64,000 nt of DNA, from the NCBI GenBank assembly GCA_002269645.1, contig NIVC01001942.1, positions 1 to 64,000 on the forward strand, given 5' to 3'. Under the pieces are notes generated by a model that did not search any database, was not told the DNA's origin, and saw only the letters and a program-made list of their open reading frames with translations. A program made the position numbers and the translations under genes. Each line of letters opens with the position of its first letter. Within the stretch, counting starts at the first letter, position 1. This DNA comes from Macrostomum lignano (Eukaryota). Below are positions 32,970-46,000 of the stretch, in pieces.

Positions 32970-33215
32970 TGAAAGGAAGAAGAGGGTGAGAGGTGAGTGG
33001 GAGGTAGAGAAAGAGGGCAGAAGGGGAAGGAAGATAAGAAGAGGTGAAGAGGGAGAAGCTGTGGTGGAGATGGAGAGGGAGAGAGTCAGAGTGAAGATGG
33101 GGATAGGTAAAGGTAGATAAGAGAGGGAGAGAGATAGAGGTAGATAGGAGAGGGAGAGAGATAGAAAGGTAGATAAGAGAGGGAGAGAGATAGAGGTAGA
33201 GAAGAGGGAGAGAAT
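32970..33215. repeat. GA-rich low-complexity tract (polypyrimidine on the transcribed strand)
   Basis: Almost exclusively A/G on the + strand. Confidence 0.85.
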
Positions 33216-34017
33216 AGAGCAAGTGAAAGCAGACAATAGATTTCGGCTACTGAAACAAATTTCTAATGCCTACTAGATAAAAAAAGAAATAAATAAGCAA
33301 TTTAAATATCTTTAAACAAGTATTCGGCAGAAAAAAATGAGCAAAAAAGTAAAACTCCTAAAAATTGATTTATCTGCTTAGTTTGTGCTTCAGTCAGTGT
33401 AGCGCATGGAGTTCAGTTTTAGGCTTTGGGCTTTGTGTATACTAGTAAAGCCTGATGCTTAAAGTCGGTTAAAGTCGCAGAAATGGATAGCAGTAGGACT
33501 GAGCGCGCATTAAGTAGTATACAACCAAAATAATTAGTAAATTACTTAGAAAGGGTTTGAAAAAAGCAATAAATTTTAATTTAAAACAAACACACGCTTG
33601 GCTTAATTAAAAGTACTCTAATGCCTAATAAAGGCAATCTAAAGGCTGTTTATGGAGTATACGAGTAATAAACCAGTCAAGAGACCACGGTAGCTTAAAA
33701 ATTTTTAAATCCTTTAAAAACCTTGTTAAAGTACAGCAGTATACTCGTATTGTCATAATTGCATGGTCTTTTGACTGGTTAACGTTGCCTATACTACAGA
33801 TTATAAAAGTCCATTTTAATAGACTCCTGTTCGTGCTCTGATTAATAATAGTTGGGAGTACGCACCAGGGCCAGAGGTTGGCTCTCTTTTTAAAGCAACT
33901 TCTGCCTACATTTTCAAGGGCTACAGAACAGGAGTCAATTAAATTATCAATTAAAAGAGAAACTTAGCCAAAACAAAAACAGTAGTCCATCCAGTATTAA
34001 TATCGCTAGTCAGAAGC

Positions 34018-37000
34018 TTAAACAATCGCCCTAGCTGCATTGTACTGCAGGCTGGCTTTGAACTGGTGCAGGTCTCCAGTCCAGACGATGCACTCTTCTT
34101 CGTCGCCGTCCTTGGCTTGGCTGTCGACAGTGTCTGTTGAGTAGCACAGCGGCATGGCGAATGGCTTCTTGCCAGCCCGGCCGGACACTTTCTTGGTCGC
34201 GCCTTCCGCCTTGAACAGTGTGGGGGATGAATAGTGATTATTGCAGGAGGGCTGCCAGCGCAACGCCTTCGGCGATATCGGCTCACAACCGGCGCTGAGG
34301 CCATTCTGCCCATTCCACTGACTCCTGAACACACACAAGCGCGCCAATACTGTACGCAGGCACGCAGTCATGCACACGCTCACGTGGAGTGAATAGCGGC
34401 CCTGACTGTCTAATCGTTCACACAAGCCCCAAGTGAATGAATGTGCCTGCACGCGGAATCTAACCAGGGGTCGTGGCACGAGAGTCAGAACCGTTTAATA
34501 AAGTGAGCTACTCTGCCCCTGTGTGTGACAGGAGGCTTAGAGACAGTTACGAGTATATTAAATAGCCACCTGGCAGCAGGTCGGTAATAAGTATATATTC
34601 TAATAAAAATGAGTCAGGTTTACGGGCACGAGCTTATAGCAGATGTCACCCAGTATATTAGATACAAAGTATTAGGCAGAAACCGCAGCTGGACAATTAA
34701 AGATCAAAGGTGCTAAGCTATTAACAGCACCGACTGCTTGCATCGCACCTTCCAGTGACGAATTGTTTCTGCAAACTTCGTGCCATTGAATTATTAGCAT
34801 TGAAAGCCAGTCTAGACACCTTTAAACTTGAGCTGACCCGCTCTACTGAACTCGAACCTATTCTCTACTCTGCCGAATCTACTCAGACACCCATTCTACT
34901 CTTACTTTACAAAAAAATCTACCCATTTCCACTCTACCCTACTAAAGCCTACTCAGATACACTCTACTCTACCAAAACCTATCAACATTCAATCTACTCT
35001 ACCAAAACCTATCAACATTCAATCTACTCTACCAAAATATATCCAGATTCAGTCTACCAAACCTACCAAGACGCACTCTACTCTACCAAATTCCACCAAG
35101 ACTCACTCTACTCTACCAAGACTCACTCTACTCTACCAAGACTCACTCTACTCTACTAAGAGTCAATTTACTCTAACAAAATCTACCAATACTCACTACT
35201 CTAGCAAAATCTACCAAAACTCACTCTACTCTACCAAAATCTACCCAGACTCACTCTACTCTACCAAACAAGACTCACTCTAATGTATCAAAATCTACAC
35301 AGACTCATTCTGCCAAAACCTACCAACATCCAATCTACTCTACCAAACCTACCAAGACCCACTCTACTCTATTACGAGCTATAATCTACAAAATCTACTC
35401 TACTATATAAAAGACGATGAAGCCTCTCTACCATAATCTATCCCCGATTTTACTATACTCTACCAAAACACCCAGACGCACTCTACTCTAGCATAATATG
35501 TACCAAAATCTACTCCACTCCACCAAAAGCTACAAAGATCTAAACCATGACCCAACTCACCTGAAAGGTGAATGACCGCCTGCCAGTGGAGCGCAGAGCC
35601 CGCTGATAGAACTCGATGGCCTCAGCCTTAGTAACCGAGTGCAGCAGCATCTCAGCCTCGGTGTAGTGCAGTCCAAAAGCGGCAGGCGGACAGGCCGGGC
35701 CATTGTCCAGTATCGCGCACCAGTACCGATCAGCCTGCTGAGTCATGCCGACATCCTCAACCAGCAGCAGGTCGACAAGAGACCTGGCGTAATTCGAGAA
35801 CGCCTCGTCCGACATGCCGGTCAATAGCTTGAGAAAGCGACCGCCAGTGAACTTGTCCACCCTGGCCTGCAGCTGGGCCATGCTGAACTGGTCCGCCTGG
35901 CTGTTCACCTGCACCATGAACCCGATGGCGCCGTTAGTCTGCCGACTGTCGCAGTACACTTGGTAGCCTAGCTGGTGCTTGGTGCGCAGATAGTCGTAGC
36001 ACGGCTCGGACATCATGTGCTGAAACCAGTCGGCAGGTTGGAACTTGTTTGTTTGACTACTTACAGTAGCAAAAAACTACACAGGTATGTCTAATCAGAA
36101 AGTGAGCATTCGAAAGTGCTTCCTATATAAAAACTATTGCTATTTTTGTGCCGAAAAAACAATGAAAAAGTTTATATCTCCGTGTAGTGTATTTTTCTGT
36201 TTAGGGGGTGGCCGTACCGGCCCTCTCATGTGCCAGCGACCCAGGCTCGATTCCAAGTGCAGTCACATTAATTTGGGGCTAAATTGGAATCTCGGCTTGG
36301 CTCTGCTCGTGCAATTAACGGCCTTAAGAGCCAACCCCCAAGGCGCAGTGAAGTGTACATGACTAACGATAAATAAAGTTAGGGCCGCTGTTCACTCCTG
36401 TGTGAGTGTGTGCCTGTGCGTATGACTGCGTACGTATCCGCGCGCTTGTGTGTTGATGTCGTTTAAAGTGCGCCAGGGTGCACACAGCCCCCCCTGCCTC
36501 TATAAAAAGTCCATTTGTCTGGTAAAGTCAGTCTTCAAATATTTTCTAAGAAAGCAGTTTTTCCTTGCCTAGTACTTGAAATTTGTAATGGCTAGAGAAT
36601 CTAAACCTGTAATGTTGCTTTAACTAATGCTTTTCTAATATAGAAATTAATAGAAGAAATGTGGCAGGTGTGGCAGCCAACCTTTATTAATTTGCCACCC
36701 TCCGGTCTGCTCTGCTTAACTTGCAGCGCTGGCGGTGGGGTTTCTTAGAATATGGCATATTCTATGAATAACTTTTCGGTAAATCCTTTTACAAATACAT
36801 GTACAGTCACAGTACTATGCACACTAGCAGTGCGACAGTTCCGGGATAGATTGAAAGCACACAAACTAGGCTAGCATGGCATATCATTGCCGGTGATTCG
36901 TGTATAATTTGCGACAGAATGAAACCTGAAACCGGGGCTAGTAATAGGATCTTCCACTGAATCGCAGCAGTAACAAAAAAGGGATATAAAAAGGTTCTTA

Positions 37001-40000
37001 ATCTTAATACGGATACGGAATGGAATTGAGAGGGAGTCAGCTGACTGATACTGACTGATTAAGATGATTAAACCCGGATCCCGACCGAACTCGAGGGTAA
37101 TATGTATAATGTGTTAAGCGGCGGAGCAATCAGCAGGGAAACCGTACATTTGACTAAAAGGAGGAAATTAAAGTACATTTAGACATTTTCGGAAGTACTG
37201 AGGTGAGGTGTCGCTGGGGGTACTCTAGTGAGGTACCACTGAAGGTAATCTAGTTAGGTATCTCTGGGGTCCTTTAGTAAGGTATCTCTGGGGAGGGATC
37301 TCTGGGGGTACTCTAGTGAGGTACAGTTGAAGGTACTCTAGTTAGGTATCTCTGGGGGTACTCTAGTGAGGTACAGTTGAAGGTACTCTAGTTAGGTATC
37401 TCTGGGGGTACTCTAGTGAGGTACAGTTGAAGGTACTCTAGTTAGGTATCTCTGGGTGTACTCTAATGAGGTATCTGTGGGGTTCTATAGGGAGACCTAA
37501 AAACTAAAACACCTGCCATCCAAGTTCCCATAAAAAGTAAACTTAAAAGCAATTAAGAAACGTAAAGGCTATTGCACAAACCAGCAGCAGATTCGAGATC
37601 ACGTAGTCGCGTAGAGTTGGCGGGAATTCGAACTGAAAATACTCCAACAATGCGCTATTCACGTCGCCAGATTTGAGATTCTCAACGCAGACGCCGCAGC
37701 GGCCCGGCGGCAGAGTGGCGCACGTGTTCTGCGGGAAAGGCGGGGATATCATGGAGTACACGATAGGTATTGATAGCTGTTAATCAAAAAGGAGTGGTTC
37801 ATGGAGATCTGTCTAGAAATCTGGCGTTGAAAACCACTTTTTATTTAGCAAAAAACTTCCAAAAGTCTTCCTTCATAGCCAAATGTCTTCCATTATAGCC
37901 AAATGTCTTCCCCCATAGCCAAATGTCTTCCATCATAGCCAAAAGTATTCCTTCATAGCCGATGTCTCTCTTCATAGCCATATGTCTTCCATCATAGCCA
38001 AATGTCTTCCTTCATAGCCAAATGTCTTCTTTCATAGCCAAATGTCTTCCTTCATAGCCAAATGTCTTCCTTCATAGCCAAATGTCTTCCTTCATAGCCA
38101 AATGCCTTCCTTCGTAGCCAAATGTCTTCCTTCATAGCCAAATGCCTTCCTTCGTAGCCAAATGTCTTCCTTCATAGCCAAATGCCTTCCTTCATAGCCA
38201 AATGTCTTCCATCATAGCCAAATGTCTTCCTTCATAGCCAAATGTCTTCTTTCATAGCCATATGTCTTCTTTCATAGCCATATGTCTTCCATTATAGCCA
38301 AATGTCTTCCATCATAGCCAAATGTCTTCCATCATAGCCAAATGTCTTCCTTCATAGCCAAATGTCTTCCTTCATAGCCAAATGTCTTCTTTCATAGCCA
38401 TATGTCTTCTTTCATAGCCATATGTCTTCCATTATAGCCAAATGTCTTCCATCATAGCCAAAACTATTCCTTTATAGCCGATGTCTCTCTCCATAGCCAA
38501 ATGTCTTCCTTCGTAGCAAATTTACTGCTTTTTACGAGCTATTAAATAGTATAAAACAACTAGCAACCGTTTATTGCAAAGAAATGAGACTCAAGATAGA
38601 ATCCGCTACTCCAGATTTTATATTAGGAGTTCCTTGGTTCTGGGCGCATATTTACGTAGCTAATCAATCACGGAGAAAGAAATAAAATTTAGCAATCCAG
38701 CAAAAGTGATAGCTAGTGGACTCATCAATCTGGAAATAGCGCAAAAATAGAAGAGATGCCTAATTTCAATCTTCTCTCAGCTTCTTCTCCTAGAATTTTA
38801 AAAAAGCTCATTTTTCAACGATAGTTTAACTTCTCCGCATAGGAGTTCCTGACAATCCAGAGTCCAGACCGAGGATAACTCTGCACAATTGGACAACAGA
38901 TCCGTTAGCCAATAGAACTCCTTGCTAACTCACTAGATAGCTATTATACATGGATACTGCAGTAACCATTATACAGCGTTGTAGTTAATTTCAACCGAAA
39001 AAATCTTTCATAATCAAAACGACACAGCACGAAAAGTGCAACAGCAAACAGTCATGCCGTTTGTACCCCCAACAAGAAAGATGCAGACCAACATGAGCAC
39101 AGTAGGAGGCGACGGACGCGAGGAGAAAGTGCTATCGGACAAGCGGAAGCTGATAGGCAGCGCTATTGGCGTGCTGATGCACGGCGCCATGGCTGCCACG
39201 GCCGATGCGGTTTTCGCTGCCAATTCATGCACCAGCGTCACGGGTGAGTGACGGACAGCGATTGGTTCGAATTGAGAACACATTCTTGTACGATTTAATA
39301 GAAAAATCTGTTTTAAGAAACAATTCTACAAAATGCCTTTAATTCTTCGTCCTGCAAAATTATTAAGATGGACCAGGTTCAAGAGACATTGGAGAACCTT
39401 TAAAACTACTTCATTCAAGGTCAAGTGTCTTCCTTCGTAGCCAAATGCTTTCCTTCATAGCCAAGTGTCTTCCTTCGTAGCCAAATGCTTTCCTTCATAG
39501 CCAAATGTCTTCCTTCATAGCCAAATGTCTTCCTTCATAGCCAAATGCCTTCCTTCGTAGCCAAATGTCTTCCTTCATAGCCAAATGCCTTCCTTTATAG
39601 CCAAATGCCTTCCTTCATAGCCAAATGCCTTCCTTCATAGCCAAATGTCTTCCTTCATAGCCAAATGTCTTCCTTCATAGCCAAATGCCTTCCTTCATAG
39701 CCAAATGTCTTCCTTCATAGCCAAATGTCTTCATTCATAGCCAAATGTCTTCCTTCATAGCCAAATGTCTTCCTTCGTAGCCAAATGTCTTCTTTCATAG
39801 CCAAATGTCTTCCATTATAGCCAAATGTCTTCCCCCATAGCCAAATGTCTTCCATCATAGCCAAAAGTATTCCTTCATAGCCGATGTCTCTCTTTATAGC
39901 CAAATGTCTTCCATCATAGCCAAATGTCTTCCTTCATTGCCAAATCTCTTCCTTCATAGCCAAATGTCTTTCTTCATAGCCAAATGTCTTCCTTCATAGC

Positions 40001-43000
40001 CAAATGCCTTCCTTCATAGCCAAATGTCTTCCATCATAGCCAAATGTCTTCCATCATAGCCAAATGTCTTCCATCATAGCCAAATGTCTTCCTTCGTAGC
40101 AAAATGCCTTGCTCTGTAGCCAAATGCCTTCCTTTATAGCCAAATGCCTTCCTTCATAGCCATTAAATGAATTCCAACAGAAGACCTTGAGCTCATTAAA
40201 ATGGAGCACTGGTTAACCAAATGTGTTGACAAGCAAGCATCCATCAAGCATATTTCGCATTCTATAGCAAAATATCTAATACAGCCTTCAATCTTTTTGC
40301 CCCCAGCAAGCCATTAGCCATTAGCGGTGCTCATATTTGGCTACAATTTTCGGATATTTTATTCGTGAGAAAACGAATATTGATACTAATTATCTACACT
40401 CGTAGCTATGTTCAAGGAGACACGCAAATATCATTCGATAATATATAGTAGTATATGCCAAGCTATACTCGCCTGCCCAAAATTTGCATCAGGAGTTAAA
40501 GCGAATCCCAAGCGCTATGAAAAAAATGGTTGGTTGGTAGCAACTAGTTGCGACCACACTGCTAATGTGGGCCCAAATCGCATTACACTGTAGAAAGGAA
40601 ATAAAGAATGGGAAATATTAAAGAATTTTGCTCCATTTCCCGATCCGACGTTGATTTAATATTCATAATTAATAGATCCAACCAACTTATACGCACTAGA
40701 AAGTATATTTGCATTAGATGAGGACTGGGAAACCCCACGGTAAGTAATCGAACCGATTAACTAGATTTCAGCAATTGAGACTCGCTAATCATTTCAACTA
40801 GAACCACCGCCTTTGAAGTCTAAAAAACTCTACTCTCTACTTTAGCACAATATTGCGCAGCAGCCCCCACACCACCTATTAGTTAGAATCGATTGAGAAT
40901 TGAGAATCTGGTCTCGGTTTGTCTCTATGCAAGCAGCAAGCATCCCATAGGAATCCGTAAAGATAGAAACGAAAGCTGCAAAGGAGAGCCAGACAGCAGT
41001 TGCAGTTAGTAAGATAAATAGCCCCTACGAGCGCACACTTCGTCAAGCAATGCTTTCTTATATGAGAGATGGCAAGGGAAGCTGAGCAGGCCGAGCATGT
41101 CCGGTTCGAGTGAATTGGCTAATGTACTAAATTAAGTAGCCTAGCCTAGCATTCACAGCCGGTCAGCCGTGAGGCAACGGATAGCATCCAGGCAGCATAC
41201 AAAACTTTCTTTGTCTGATCAACGGCTGATGAGAGCAATGCACTTTTAATCTATAGGCGTCTTTACTTTTGTTAACCAATCGGTCTGATGCCGTTCGTTT
41301 TGAATAGGAAATATTTGTGACACACTGAAAGATCTGGGGAGTAGCAGTGACCCAGTGAATGATCCGGACAGTATCAGTAACCCAGTGAATGATCCGGACA
41401 GTATCAGTGACCCAGTGAATGATCCGGACAGTATCAGTGACCCAGTGAATGATCCGGACAGTATCAGTGACCCAGTGAATGATCCGGACAGTATCAGTGA
41501 CCCAGTGAATGATCCGGACAGTATCAGTGACCCAGTGAATGATCCGGACAGTATCAGTGACCCAGTGAATGATCCGGACAGTATCAGTGACCCAGTGAAT
41601 GATCCGGACAGTATCAGTGACCCAGTGAATGATCCGGACAGTATCAGTGACCCAGTGAATGATCCGGACAGTATCAGTGACCCAGTGAATGATCCGGACA
41701 GTATCAGTGACCCAGTGAATGATCCGGACAGTATCAGTGACCCAGTGAATGATCCGGACAGTATCAGTGACCCAGTGAATGATCCGGATAGTATTAGTGA
41801 CCCAATGAATGATCCGGACAGTATCAGTAACCCAGTGAATGATCCGGAGAGTATCAGTGACCCAGTGAATGATCTGGACAGTACCAGTGACCCAGTGAAT
41901 GATTCGGACAGTATCAGTGTGTGAATTGGCTGTCTTATACCGATTTGAACTATACTGCCTTTTGCGTTTGGCTGCTCAATTTTAGCTTACCACTATAGAC
42001 CCTCCCCCTCCACTGAACTGATCGATTTCTGTTTTTACGTACAGTACTTCTTCGCAATGTACATCGTTCGTCCTAACTACATGTACTCAGTTCTATAATA
42101 CAATATAAAGGACCAACGCGTTAGTTAAGAAACGCTGTTTACAACTTGCGGCTCAAGCCAATTCAATCGCTTCGTCTCAATCTCAATTCATCACAATGGC
42201 GACGAGGACTTTTGGCCAAATTCCAGAACTTTCAGCTGAATCAGACCTTGAAATCTACGCTGAGCGCATGAACCAATATTTCATATGCAACAAAGTTGAG
42301 ACTGCCGAGGCCAAGCGTGCTATCTTTCTTACTGCCATTGGTGAGAAGTACTACAAATTGCTTCGCGACTTGTGTCAGCCACAGAAACTGACTCAAAAAT
42401 CCTACGAAGAGCTGCAGGACATACTAAAGAAGCATTGCTCGCCCGAACCTTCGGAGATCGCCGCACGTTTCAAATTTCAGCAACGTCTTCAGCAAGATGG
42501 TGAATCTTTCGCTAACTTCTTGGCAGGACTAAAAAACGCTGCAAACCATTGCAAGTTTGGCGAGTCCCTTCAGGAGCGACTTCGAGATCAGTTTTTGTTC
42601 GGAATGAGAAGCGACAATTTCCGCTCTAAGCTACTCGAGAGTTCGGATCATTCGTACGCTGGGCTGATCAAACTGGCCTTGGACCTCGAAGCTGCTCACA
42701 AATCTTCAAGCGAGATGGCGCACACTTCAGCAACCAATCGAGTCAGCGCGAATCCATCAGTGGCACGCCCGAGAGCACAGTACAACATCAGCCAACACTC
42801 TGGTCCCGCTGGATCAGCATCCAAGCCAGGGACCTGCGACAGCTGTGGAGGTCCACATTCGCGTCAGAACTGTAAATTCCGTAATTCGAAATGCCATGCT
42901 TGCGGGAAGGTTGGCCACATTAAGAAGGTTTGCAGGTCAGCAAAATCTGTGAAACTCCTGGAGGAGAATGAAACCGGGTCTCAGTACGACGAAGAAAACT

Positions 43001-46000
43001 ACGAGGAAGAGCCAATATTTCATGTCTCAATGACTTCCAAGTCCCCGATTCTGGTGCCTCTGCAAATCGAGGAAGTGCAATCTCATTTTGAGCTGGACAC
43101 AGGATCTGCTGTAAGTCTCGTTCCTAAGGCATTCTATGATAGCCATCTGTCTCATCTGCGACTGCATCCGTCCAAGACGACTCTGCGAACCTACACGGAC
43201 CAGGAGTTCTCTCCGATCGGAGAAGTAACAGTGAAGGTCACTTACGAAGGGCAGGAAGCTTCTCTGCCGCTACTCGTGGTGTCTGAAGGCAGCGCTCGAC
43301 TCCTGGGACGCAACTGGCTAACCGTCATCCGCCTAGAGTGGCCTCGCTTGACAGCACCCGTCAACTCGTTGATCGCAGCACCTAACGATATGGCTACTGA
43401 GCTGGTCCGTCAGTTTCCGGATGTCTTCGCCGAGGGTCTCGGTAAGTATCGCCTCAGTGAAGTCGACCTTCATTTACAAGAAAATGCTACGCCAAGGTTT
43501 TACAAGGCGCGACCGATTCCCTATGCTCTGCGTGAGACCGTCGATTTAGAGCTTCAGCGCATGGAATCAGAAGGGGTCATCACTCCAATAGCGACTTCTC
43601 AATGGGCTGCCCCAATTGTGCCAGTAGTAAAGAAGGACGGGTCTGTACGAATCTGCGGAGATTACAAGTGCACATTCAATTAGGTCGCAAAGCAAGAGCA
43701 CTACCCGCTGCCGAGGATCGAAGATTTATTTGCGAGACTGGGTGGCGGCCACAAATGGAGCAAACTCGACCTGGCAAAGGCATTTCTGCAGCTCCCAATA
43801 TCAGAAGACAGCAAACAGTACCTCGTTATCAACACTCAACGTGGACTGTTCAAGGTGAACCGCCTGCCATTCGGTATCTGCTCGGCCAGTGCAATTTTTC
43901 AACGCATCCTTGACAGTCTGCTCGGGCATCTCAACGGCGTCCAGGTTTATCAGGACGACATCCTGGTTACCGGGTCTTCACTGGCGGCTCACAAAGAAAA
44001 TCTGCTGCAAGTCCTGCACAAGCTTCAAGAGGCCGGACTGCGTCTCAACGTCGCCAAGTGTGCTTTCTTCCAAGACTCCATCGACTATCTGGGCCACCGA
44101 ATTGACCAACACGGGCTGCGGCCGCTCGAGAGCAAGGTCGACGCCGTTCAGAACGCGCCGGCTCCGAAAGACGTATCTCAGCTGCGATCCTATCTGGGAA
44201 TGCTGACGCATTACGCCAAGTTTCTTCCCAATTTGGCATCAGTCGTGGCGCCGCTTAATCAGCTCTTGTCGAAAGGCGTCAGCTGGCTTTGGAGCGACCG
44301 CGAGAACGAAGCCTTCCAAGCATCGAAGCGAATGCTGCTCGAATCAAAAGCTCTGATGCACTTTGACCCAAATCTGCCGATTCGTCTCGAGTGCGACGCT
44401 TCCGCGTACGGCATTGGCGTGGTTCTCAGTCACCGGGTGGGCGGTCAGGATCACGCGATCGCATTTGCTAGCAAGTCGCTGACTTCAGCCCAGCGAAACT
44501 ATTCTCAGCTAGATAAGGAGGCACTAGCCATAATCTACGGTGTCCAACGCTTCCACCAATTCCTCTATGGGCGGCACTTTACGATTGTCACTGACCATCA
44601 GCCTCTGCTGGGATTGCTGGGCCCAGACAAAGAGATTCCGACACGTGCGGCTGCCAGGATGCAGCGATGGGCCATCCGTCTATCTGGATACCGGTACGCC
44701 ATGGAGTTCAGGCCCACCCAGAAGCACAGCAATTGCGACTCTCTTTCTCGATTGCCTCTAAAAGGAAACTTTATTGAAGAAGAGGCGGTGCACTCGCTCA
44801 CGCTCGAGGAGGACTCTTCCATTGCTGTGACTGCGGCTTTGGTCGCCAAAGCAACTCTGGCTGACCCTATACTGTCCAAGCTGCTTCGCCTTCTGCAATC
44901 CGGAGAGCGACTATCCGGCAAAGAATTTCCAGAGTTCGCTCATCAGCAAAACGAGATGACCATCGAAGCCGGCTGCTTACTCTGGGGGACTCGCGTTATA
45001 ATCCCGGAGGCCCTGCGCAAGGCCGTCCTACAGGAACTCCATTTGGCTCACACCGGTGCCAGTCGCATGAAAGCCCTGGCACGCAGTTTTGTTTGGTGGC
45101 CAGGGCTGGACAAGGACTTGGAGCAGTTGGCTAGAACATGCGAAACCTGCAAGGCTCACCAGTCTGATCCAGCCAAAGCTCCGGTGCATCCTTGGATATT
45201 TCCCAGCGAACCTTGGAGCAGAATTCACTTGGACTTTGCTGGTCCTGTTAATGGGCGAGTCTACCTTGTCATCATGGACGCTCACAGCAAATGGCCCGAG
45301 GTTCGTCTAGTCAAGGATACTTCAGCAGACAGCACCATCGCACATCTCTGTGAAATCTTCAGCCGTCTGGGCCTACCAAGAATTATTGTCTCCGACAACG
45401 GGCCTCAATTCATTTCCAGGGAATTCGCAAGCTTTACACGCAGCAACGGCATTCGGCATGTCACGTCAGCGCCTTACCATCCTGCTACGAACGGTCAAGC
45501 TGAAAGATTTGTACAAACACTGAAGCTGCACATCAGGAAATCCGGTCACTCGGCCGCTGCTTTGCAACGCTTTCTCTTCGCCTACAGGGTAACGCCGCAT
45601 TCGACTACAGGCACCTCTCCCAGCGAACTGCTTCTGGGACGTCGGCTGCGCTCCAGACTGGACCTTCTGCGGCCATCTCTAGTAGACCAAGTGCGCGATC
45701 GGCAAGAGGCTGCCGCTGAGTCCCAGCGCCGCACCCGGTTCTTCGGGATCGGCGACAATGTTCGAGTGAAAGGATTCGGCAAGGAATCCGGCTGGCTGCC
45801 TGGATTGGTCGTCGCGGCGTCGCAACGGAACTACGATGTTCGAGTTGGCACCAGCATCGTCCGGCGGCACGTTGACCAGATGCTGCCTGATTCGGCGCAG
45901 CCTCCGCCATCCGCCGCTGACTCTCAACACCTCGGCACCAGCATCTCGACTCCATCGTCGGCGCCTCCGGCTCTAGATGTTCTGAGCCCCGCGGCTGTCT

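Noticed and set aside
41225-41240. CTGATGAG hammerhead box
   Set aside because: No stem II followed by GAAA.
43681-43683. TAG as a programmed gag-pol readthrough site
   Set aside because: It lies within the RT domain after the protease, not at a gag-pol junction; best explained as a nonsense mutation.
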